Shown here in pieces: positions 55,508-62,308 of a stretch of DNA of 62,308 nucleotides. A program made the position numbers and the translations under genes. The first letter of the stretch is position 1. Every line of letters starts with the position of its first letter. Below the pieces are notes generated by a model. The model made no database searches. It was not told the DNA's origin and saw nothing but the letters and a program-made list of their open reading frames with translations. Origin of the DNA: an uncultured bacterium (GTDB lineage: Bacteria; Patescibacteriota; Minisyncoccia; Moranbacterales; UBA2206); NCBI GenBank assembly GCA_903937035.1, contig CAIZXS010000016.1, positions 1-62,308 of the forward strand. The letters are read 5' to 3'.

Positions 55508-55783
55508 CTATTCTACTACTGCCAGGATATCTTCTGCTTTGAGTATCAGACATTCCTCTCCAGCAATTTTAATCTCTGTGCCACTATATTTGGCAAAAAT
55601 CACAGATTGACCCTTCTTCACTTGAATCTTCTCACTATCCCCCACCGCGAGCACCTTGCCTTCTTGAGGACGATCCGCATTAACATTTTCTGGCAAAAAA
55701 ATTCCCGATTTAGTTTTTTGATTTGCCTTAACAAGTTTCACCAAGACATTTTCTCCTAATGGTTTTATACTTTCTTTTTGCAT
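55508..55783 (-). CDS. groES: Co-chaperonin GroES
   Basis: IKPLGENVLVK...SGIFLPE...GKVLAVG; 91 aa. Confidence 0.9.
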   Translation of the reverse strand: MQKESIKPLGENVLVKLVKANQKTKSGIFLPENVNADRPQEGKVLAVGDSEKIQVKKGQSVIFAKYSGTEIKIAGEECLILKAEDILAVVE

Positions 55784-55828
55784 ATTTAATAAATTTTAAA
55801 AAATTAAAGCTAAAATAATGTCATTATC

Positions 55829-56524
55829 TCAATTTTTCTCTCCTTTCAATATATAACTATAGAGAAAAATCGCTTGAGAAGCAAAAAGCTTTAGAATTTC
55901 CATATTTTTCGGTTTTCTTTCCTCGCTTTCATCATATCCGTTAATTATGAGACAGCTTTTTACATCTCTTATTTTTTGAGGAGATGAAACAATAAGAACT
56001 AATCCCTGTTTTTTAATATTAATATTCTCCCCCATTTCAATGATATCCTTATTGGTAACGTCCAAATTAACATGTTCCGCAAGACCTATTTCTTTTTCCG
56101 TTTGATTTGTCTTTAGGTTTATAAAGCGAATTGTTGAGTAGTCTGCCTTGAGCAAGAAATTTGCCGCGTTAATGATCGATTCGTAGGTTTCATTTTCTTT
56201 TTTCTTATCCAAGATAGAATGATCCGCCAAGCCAAGCGCCACATCCATGAGAATATCCATCTTTCGATTCACCTCTCCAATATAGCTATATGAATCAACC
56301 AAATCCTTTACTGCTTGATCCATTTTTTTTTGCGCGCTCTCTTTTTCTTTTTTTTGATGAGCGATCCTTCTTTCGTTTTGCACGAAAGTTAGAAAAGCAA
56401 CTGATCCTAAGATGAAAATTGCCACCTCTTCTGCGCGCTCTTCCGCCAGAAATGAGACATTGCCCCTGATGATATCTGGAATCATGATTGAAACAGAAAA
56501 GAGAATAGCAAAAATCCAGTACAT
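55829..56524 (-). CDS. Membrane-anchored protein, unknown function (possible GAF-like C-terminal domain)
   Basis: Two N-terminal TM helices, a charged linker, and a soluble domain of about 140 aa. No motif recognised. Confidence 0.5.
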   Translation of the reverse strand: MYWIFAILFSVSIMIPDIIRGNVSFLAEERAEEVAIFILGSVAFLTFVQNERRIAHQKKEKESAQKKMDQAVKDLVDSYSYIGEVNRKMDILMDVALGLADHSILDKKKENETYESIINAANFLLKADYSTIRFINLKTNQTEKEIGLAEHVNLDVTNKDIIEMGENINIKKQGLVLIVSSPQKIRDVKSCLIINGYDESEERKPKNMEILKLFASQAIFLYSYILKGEKN

Positions 56525-56544
56525 AGTGTTTTATTTCGGATAGA

Positions 56545-57504
56545 TTAATCTTTTAATGCTTCCAGCAAAAAGGTCTTTAATTGATCAAGTTTATCTTGAT
56601 CATGAATCGAAACACTCAAAACATGCTCATTGATTTTGAGCATCTGCTTGGTTTTTTGCTCAACAATCTTAGTTTCCACCATATCAGTCTTGGTAAGCAA
56701 AATGATCTCCCTTTTCTCTATCAGCTCTTTGGAATATTTTTTCAACTCCTCTCGAATAATCTTATAATCCCTTTCAACATCATCTGATTCCAAGCTAATG
56801 CAGTGCAATAATATCTTAGTTCTTTGAATGTGGCGCAGAAACTTCATTCCCAAGCCTCTACCTTCTGAAGCGCCCTCAATCAGTCCTGGAATATCAGCCA
56901 AGACAATATCCTCCATAACACCCAAATTTGGCTCTAGCGTGGTAAAATCATAGTTTCCTACCTTTGCCTTAGAAGCGGTGAGTTCATTTAGCAGAGAGGA
57001 TTTACCGGCACTTGGAAGACCAATGAGACCAGCATCGGCAATAAAACGCAGCTCGACAAAAAAATCGCGCTCCTCACCCGACTTTCCCAGCTCCCGCTCT
57101 TTCGGAGAAGTATTGGATGGTCCACGAAAGAAAAAATTTCCTCTTCCGCCAATTCCTCCACCAGCGACCAAAACCCGCTGACCAACTTTAATTATCTCTA
57201 TTTGCTTTTTCGAATTAAGATCATGAAGGACACTGCCAATCGGCACAGTTAAAACCATATCTTTCCCACGATGACCTTCGGAGTTGTCACTCTTTCCATT
57301 CTGACCATTTTCCGCATAATACTCTTTTTTGTGCTTATATTTATTCAGAGCTGACAAGTTTGAGACACCTTCAAAATAGACGCTGCCGCCATTCCCGCCT
57401 TTTCCTCCTGTCGGCCCAAGGCTCATCTTGACCTTATTAAAGGCTACGACGCCGTCTCCTCCTCGTCCTGCAAAGACCTTAATTTTTACTTCGTCAGTAA
57501 ACAA
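56545..57504 (-). CDS. obg: GTPase Obg/CgtA
   Basis: FTDEVKIKVFAGRGGDG (Gly-rich Obg fold), GLPSAGKSSL, DIPGLIEGA, TKTD. TTG start. Confidence 0.95.
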   Translation of the reverse strand: MFTDEVKIKVFAGRGGDGVVAFNKVKMSLGPTGGKGGNGGSVYFEGVSNLSALNKYKHKKEYYAENGQNGKSDNSEGHRGKDMVLTVPIGSVLHDLNSKKQIEIIKVGQRVLVAGGGIGGRGNFFFRGPSNTSPKERELGKSGEERDFFVELRFIADAGLIGLPSAGKSSLLNELTASKAKVGNYDFTTLEPNLGVMEDIVLADIPGLIEGASEGRGLGMKFLRHIQRTKILLHCISLESDDVERDYKIIREELKKYSKELIEKREIILLTKTDMVETKIVEQKTKQMLKINEHVLSVSIHDQDKLDQLKTFLLEALKD

Positions 57505-57529
57505 AATATTTTGATTCTAAAATAGTTAA

Positions 57530-57769
57530 TTATTTTTTTGGCACTGGGTCATATCCTCCGTCATTCCAAGGATGGCAACGAACAATCCTACGTAAACCCA
57601 ACGTTCCGCCGTGCAAAATCCCGAAACGCTCAATAGCTTCATATGTATATTGACTGCAAGTTGGATGAAAACGGCAAATTCGCTCAGAAATAAGATAGGA
57701 AAGCGGCCCCTGGTCGAGCGAAAGCGTTTTTTGGTACAGCTTTATAAGTAATAGGATAATGCGTTTCAT
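57530..57769 (-). CDS. yidD: Membrane protein insertion efficiency factor YidD
   Basis: [19 protein letters not shown]. Confidence 0.9.
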   Translation of the reverse strand: MKRIILLLIKLYQKTLSLDQGPLSYLISERICRFHPTCSQYTYEAIERFGILHGGTLGLRRIVRCHPWNDGGYDPVPKK

Positions 57770-57850
57770 CTCCTTTAGTTAACTCTAAATAAAGCCTTTT
57801 GTCAAGCAAATTTACTCACATCCTGGTCCTGCTTTTTGGCAAAAGACACA

Positions 57851-59632
57851 CTATTCCACGTCCCCAACAGCTTGCAGCTTGATCAATTTCTGATAGAGCC
57901 CACCAGAAAGACGTGAAAGTTCGATGTGATTACCCTCTTCGACCACCCTCCCCTTCTCTAGCACAACAATCTTATCAGCTTTTTTTATAGTGCTTAAGCG
58001 ATGAGCAATCACAATCACTGTTCGATTTTTTCTAATCTTATCCATTGCATCTTGGATCAATCTTTCTGAATATGAATCCAGACTGGAAGTGGCTTCATCG
58101 AAAATTAAAATTCGTGGATTAGCCAATATCGCCCTAGCAATTCCTACGCGCTGTCGCTGCCCACCAGAAAGTTTTATTCCACGCTCTCCCACTGTCGTGT
58201 CATAGCCATCCTTAAGTTGCAAGATAAATTCCTCCGCATTAGCCGTGCGAGCGGCGGCCATAACCTCATCCATACTCGCTGTCGGTTTCGCATAAGCAAT
58301 ATTTTCCTTGATGCTCGTGTCAAAAATTTCCACTTCCTGAGGAACAATCGCCATGAATTTTCGAAAAGCAAACAAGTCATATTCCCGCAAATCTTTTCCA
58401 TCAAGAAGTACCTGACCTTCTGCAGGATCATAATGTCTATAAATCATACGCACGACCGTTGTCTTTCCTCCGCCCGATGGCCCAACCAGAGCTGTCACGC
58501 AACCAGAATTAATCGTAAAATTAACCTTACTCAATGCTCGATTATTACTGTCCTTGTAGAAAAAAGATAGATTCTTGAATTCCAACCTTCCCTCAATGCT
58601 TTTTGGTTTGATACCTTTGGCCACATTAACAATTTCCGATTCTTCCTTCGAAAGGGTGTGTAGCCTCTCCACGGCTTCACTAGACTCCATTATCCGGTCA
58701 TACAAGCGTGAAATGCGAAACAGTGAAAGCAATGCTTTTTCGGAAATCGTATAAACGAAAACTACGCTGCCAATCGTGATCTGACCACGAACAACGAGAT
58801 AAATCCCAAATATCAACACAAACGCGCGCCCAAGGTCAATCACTAAATTTCGCGCTAAATTAAACTTAAGAATCTTGTCATACTCTTTAAGTAAGCTACT
58901 TTTCACACTCTCCGTAGCACGAGAAAATTGCACATACTCGCGAAGTTCAGCAACAAAAGATTTTACCGTATTGATATTTATAATCGATTGAGTCATGATA
59001 CTCGCGGCGGCCTCTTGCTGGTCAAAACGCTTCCTGCGAAAAGGAAACACCATAGCGTTAACCTTGAGTGTCAGAAAAACAAATGCAGGAACAAAAATAA
59101 GTACGATAACACCAAAACGCCAATTCACCACAAATAGCGTTATTGTCGTAAAAATAACTTGAAAAATTGTTGGCGCCACCTCCCAGAAAAAATTTCCAAA
59201 CAAGGTGTCGATCTTGTCGATGCCCCGATTAATCTTAATAATCTTACTGCCAGTATTTTCTTTTTCATGATATCCCAAACTCAAAAATACCATCTTCTTA
59301 TGAGCATCGTTCGCCAGATAAGTAATGATACCACCCAAAATCTTGAATATCTTTTTATCTGCAACAAAATCCAAAAGGGAAAAAACTTGGTTCGCCAGAA
59401 ACATCGCACCCACCAATAGCAAGATAATCCCCAATTGTGCAGGATCAAAATTAGCGATCTTATCAATAATGATTTTCAGCATATAGGGGCCACCCAAATG
59501 CACTACCTCCATCGACATGATTAAAACAAGCAGCTGCTTTATCTGCCGATGACTAGGAGTTAGGAGTTCCCAGATACTTTTCCAGAAACGTCCCAAGTCA
59601 ATTTTTGTTTGATTTTCCGCTTGCTTTTTCAT
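57851..59632 (-). CDS. ABC exporter, fused permease/ATPase (MsbA-like)
   Basis: 6 TM helices. GPSGGGKTT, LSGGQRQRVGIARA, ILIFDEATSSLD. Confidence 0.9.
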   Translation of the reverse strand: MKKQAENQTKIDLGRFWKSIWELLTPSHRQIKQLLVLIMSMEVVHLGGPYMLKIIIDKIANFDPAQLGIILLLVGAMFLANQVFSLLDFVADKKIFKILGGIITYLANDAHKKMVFLSLGYHEKENTGSKIIKINRGIDKIDTLFGNFFWEVAPTIFQVIFTTITLFVVNWRFGVIVLIFVPAFVFLTLKVNAMVFPFRRKRFDQQEAAASIMTQSIININTVKSFVAELREYVQFSRATESVKSSLLKEYDKILKFNLARNLVIDLGRAFVLIFGIYLVVRGQITIGSVVFVYTISEKALLSLFRISRLYDRIMESSEAVERLHTLSKEESEIVNVAKGIKPKSIEGRLEFKNLSFFYKDSNNRALSKVNFTINSGCVTALVGPSGGGKTTVVRMIYRHYDPAEGQVLLDGKDLREYDLFAFRKFMAIVPQEVEIFDTSIKENIAYAKPTASMDEVMAAARTANAEEFILQLKDGYDTTVGERGIKLSGGQRQRVGIARAILANPRILIFDEATSSLDSYSERLIQDAMDKIRKNRTVIVIAHRLSTIKKADKIVVLEKGRVVEEGNHIELSRLSGGLYQKLIKLQAVGDVE

Positions 59633-59708
59633 TGATTACACAAAAAAATAAAGGGCGCAAACCCTTTATTAATTATAGCCCAAAAGGACACTTTTCGCAA
59701 GTCACTCG

Positions 59709-59945
59709 CTATTTCTTCTTGCTACTACCCGCTTTTCTAATAAGTGCTGCGATAGTTGCTCCCAAAGCTGCGCCAATTCCCGCAGAAATAACCGCTGCTT
59801 TTTCAGGATTCTTTTTGACATAAGCCTCGACCAACTTTTCCGCTTTTTTTAGTTCAAGCTTTGCTTTTGCAATTTCCTTACTTGCCATTTTCTGCATATC
59901 GGCTTTCATCTTAATTGCTTGACCCTTGATTGTTTTTGCATCCAT
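59709..59945 (-). CDS. DUF883/ElaB-YqjD-like tail-anchored protein
   Basis: Coiled N-terminus followed by NPEKAAVISAGIGAALGATIAALI, a C-terminal anchor. Confidence 0.55.
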   Translation of the reverse strand: MDAKTIKGQAIKMKADMQKMASKEIAKAKLELKKAEKLVEAYVKKNPEKAAVISAGIGAALGATIAALIRKAGSSKKK

Positions 59946-59951
59946 ATTTGT

Positions 59952-60275
59952 TTATTTTTTAATTATTAATAACCCGATTAAAATTGAGAATACTCCGACG
60001 ATTGCATACCCGACCCCATTTCCCATTAGCAACATCTCATTGATAAATACCACAAGACTAATGAGGGCAAAAATTGTTCCGACAACAACCAGGAAAGTTC
60101 CTACCAATCCTCTCTGCAATGCCACTACCATTTCCTGAATTCGGTGCTTAATTTTGTCGGCTAATGAATCTGCAAAATTTTTAAAAAAACTCACTCCCAA
60201 TCCCGAAAATGTTTCATGCCAATCAAACGTCGCGTCTTCTTCCTTTTTTACTTTTGTTTTTTTTGCCAATGCCAT
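59952..60275 (-). CDS. YqjE/holin-X-like two-TM membrane protein
   Basis: 107 aa. Two TM helices after an amphipathic N-terminus. Adjacent to the YqjD-like gene, as in the enterobacterial yqjD-yqjE pair (from memory). Confidence 0.5.
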   Translation of the reverse strand: MALAKKTKVKKEEDATFDWHETFSGLGVSFFKNFADSLADKIKHRIQEMVVALQRGLVGTFLVVVGTIFALISLVVFINEMLLMGNGVGYAIVGVFSILIGLLIIKK

Positions 60276-60283
60276 ATTTTTTT

Positions 60284-60413
60284 ATCCCTCACCACTTTTT
60301 CGCTTATTGTGGAGCGCTGCAATCTCTGTGAGCTATCATTTATTAGCAACGCCAATAATATCAATATAAACTTTTTGGACGCATAAAATGCGAGCGAAAA
60401 AGTGGTGAGGGAT
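60284..60413. repeat. Perfect 20-bp inverted repeat flanking a 90-nt spacer
   Basis: ATCCCTCACCACTTTTTCGC (60284-60303) and GCGAAAAAGTGGTGAGGGAT (60394-60413), immediately upstream of the 60275 start. Confidence 0.8.
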
Positions 60414-60474
60414 GAATTTATTTTAGTTATTTTGTACACATTTATTATAGCACCACATTTCCAATACCACAAAA

Positions 60475-61167
60475 TTAATATTCCCAGATTTTAATCTTGT
60501 TCTCGTCGATGGTTATGTAGGAGCAAGGCAGGTCAGTCCAGCAGCCACTGTTATAATAAATCACGTCATGATTTTTCTTTTCCAAGGCGCGATGAGTATG
60601 ACCACAAAAAACATAACTAGCACCTTGCTTTTTGCCATAATGCAAAGCTGAGTGAGCCACTTTTTCTGACAAACGCAACCAGCCCTTGCTTTTTCTTTTC
60701 AGAAAATGACTAAATTTTTTTTCATCAGAATCAATCCTTTGGACAAAATCATAAATGACGGTCGCCAAATAACTCAAAAAGGCATTATCCACCAAAAACC
60801 GATCAAATTGATGTCCATGGATTGCAAGATATTTTTTATGCTTATAGTGCCAAGAATATGATTCATGGATCCGCGCATCGATAAGTGAACCGAAAACATG
60901 TATTAACTCACCGTCATGATTGCCCATGACCCAGCGCACTTTTTTATCTTTAGAAATTTTCCCGATATAATTCAAAAGATCCCAACATTCTTTTGTCAGA
61001 TTGCGAAAGTCCATATTGTCAAACACATCTCCCAATAAGATTAACTTGCGAAAAGAATAGCTTTGCAATAGCTTTAGAATTTTTCCTGGCTGGCTAACCG
61101 CAGAACCCAGATGTAAATCTGAAATAATCAAAGTATGTGTTTTTTTTGTTTCTTTTTTTTCTTTCAT
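60475..61167 (-). CDS. Calcineurin-like metallophosphoesterase (LpxH-like architecture)
   Basis: IISDLHLG, LGDVFD, GNHD, HGH, GHTH. Confidence 0.8.
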   Translation of the reverse strand: MKEKKETKKTHTLIISDLHLGSAVSQPGKILKLLQSYSFRKLILLGDVFDNMDFRNLTKECWDLLNYIGKISKDKKVRWVMGNHDGELIHVFGSLIDARIHESYSWHYKHKKYLAIHGHQFDRFLVDNAFLSYLATVIYDFVQRIDSDEKKFSHFLKRKSKGWLRLSEKVAHSALHYGKKQGASYVFCGHTHRALEKKNHDVIYYNSGCWTDLPCSYITIDENKIKIWEY

Positions 61168-61261
61168 TCTAAAAAATTTAACCGGTAAATACTAAGACCA
61201 TTATACACTAAAAATCAGTTGCTCACGATTATTAATTATCAAGTACCAATCATTTCAACAA

Positions 61262-62308
61262 TCAATAGACTAGATAGGACGTGGTCTTACTTTCCGTTTT
61301 TGTCTTTAAATCGACAGCATACCAACGATACCAGCCAAATACTTTATTAATCTTGTAATTCAAGGAAAAACTGCCTTTTTCATCAGTATCCACATAAACT
61401 GGAGCGTAATATCCACCCCAAAAACCGGAGAAATATAGCGCCACCCTACTATTAGGGGAAAATCCAGCTCCTGATTGACTCATCGCATCTCCCTTGTGAC
61501 CTCTTTTGGGAAAATTAAATATGGAATATGGACTTGGATTGAAGGTAACCTTTTTTTCATAAGTCTTTGATGTTTTGTCGTTTTTATCCTTGAATTTGAA
61601 AAAGAATTTCTGCGCATCTCTTTTTTGCTGATCAATATCAAGATTTATCTCTTTTTCCATTTTTTCCCAGTCAGCCTTTTCGAAATGGGAATTATGTGAA
61701 GTCTTGAAATATTTGATACCATCTGTGTTTTTGAATTTCAAAGTAACCTCTTTCTTGGAGGTTTTTTTATTTTTAACATCCTTACTATCGAAACTAAGTT
61801 CTAAATCCTTGAAATAATCCTCATTATCTGGAATAGTCGAGATAGGTGCGGAAATAGCTGATGACATATTCACTGTCACAACATAAGCTTTCGTAGAATT
61901 ATCTTGTGCCGTAAGAGTGTACGTAACCGGAAGGGTAAAATCCTGCGCTAATCCGGAAGCAGGACTGACTGACGCGCCAGTATGCATGACAGTCGGAACC
62001 ATGGCTGTCACATCTGTCCCATATGAAACAGTTAATGCCACAGTCCCAGCATCATTGTCAATCGTACCAATCACAGGGGGAGCAAGATTGCCGAAACTAA
62101 AGGCAGTAATGGATTTGGCTGAAGAAGGTGCCACCGTCACACTCACAGCATACACCTGAGTCGAAGTATCAGCCGCCGTTACGGTGTAATTCACCGAATT
62201 TGTGAAATCTTGCGCAACGCCAGTATTAGGACTGACTGATGCTCCGGTAATTGTGATTGCAGGAACTAGGGCAGTTACATTTGTACCAGCAGGCATAGTG
62301 AGAGCAAT
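61262..62308 (-). CDS. Partial surface protein with repeated Ig-like domains (5' end outside the window)
   Basis: About 95-aa repeats (...GT[ND]VTA[LM]VP...TGASVSP..G.AQDFT..V.YT.TA.D.ST..Y.V.V). The frame stays open to the window end (IALT precedes the track Met). Confidence 0.7.
   Translation of the reverse strand: MALTMPAGTNVTALVPAITITGASVSPNTGVAQDFTNSVNYTVTAADTSTQVYAVSVTVAPSSAKSITAFSFGNLAPPVIGTIDNDAGTVALTVSYGTDVTAMVPTVMHTGASVSPASGLAQDFTLPVTYTLTAQDNSTKAYVVTVNMSSAISAPISTIPDNEDYFKDLELSFDSKDVKNKKTSKKEVTLKFKNTDGIKYFKTSHNSHFEKADWEKMEKEINLDIDQQKRDAQKFFFKFKDKNDKTSKTYEKKVTFNPSPYSIFNFPKRGHKGDAMSQSGAGFSPNSRVALYFSGFWGGYYAPVYVDTDEKGSFSLNYKINKVFGWYRWYAVDLKTKTESKTTSYLVY

Noticed and set aside
1-62308. 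CRISPR arrays, tRNA or rRNA genes, and an alternative genetic code
   Set aside because: I found no regularly spaced direct repeats, no tRNA-like T-arm/acceptor patterns and no rRNA signatures. Long conserved genes (clpB, lepA, pyrG, gltX, priA) are uninterrupted in the standard code, so TGA recoding is not indicated.

Overview
AT-rich, densely coding bacterial chromosome segment that reads cleanly in the standard genetic code, with about 70 CDS. I found no rRNA, tRNA or CRISPR array. The gene content suggests a small-genome Patescibacteria/CPR-like organism: many glycosyltransferases, small Cys-rich secreted proteins, rpmA and groES outside their usual operons, and an archaeal-type UMP kinase. 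This lineage call is inference only.

Housekeeping genes: lepA, clpB, htrA, pyrG, rplI, rpmA, gltX, priA, def, fmt, obg, yidD, groES, iscS, iscU, maf.

Accessory content:
- (1) Window start (1-2206): a tyrosine recombinase with a divergent array of at least three co-oriented small ORFs separated by about 80-85 nt structured repeats. The boundary boxes of these repeats show the cyclic-permutation signature of integron gene cassettes, yet the recombinase is short and Xer-like. This is the most interesting locus.
- (2) About 12.1-29.2 kb: a cell-envelope glycosylation island with three GT-C-type membrane enzymes, a Dpm1-like GT2, GT4s, a Wzy_C/O-antigen-ligase-like protein, LCP and ChbG.
- (3) Three copies of a 140-180 nt palindromic MITE-like element. 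Two of them supply a perfect 80-nt inverted repeat bracketing a nuclease plus Rrf2 module.
- (4) An ArsR-controlled thiol-redox/permease operon with a clear palindromic operator.
- (5) A secreted Cys-rich gene broken by two single-A insertions in poly-A tracts.
- (6) An HtrA paralogue with all three catalytic residues replaced.

All functional calls come from motif recognition by eye. No database search was run.
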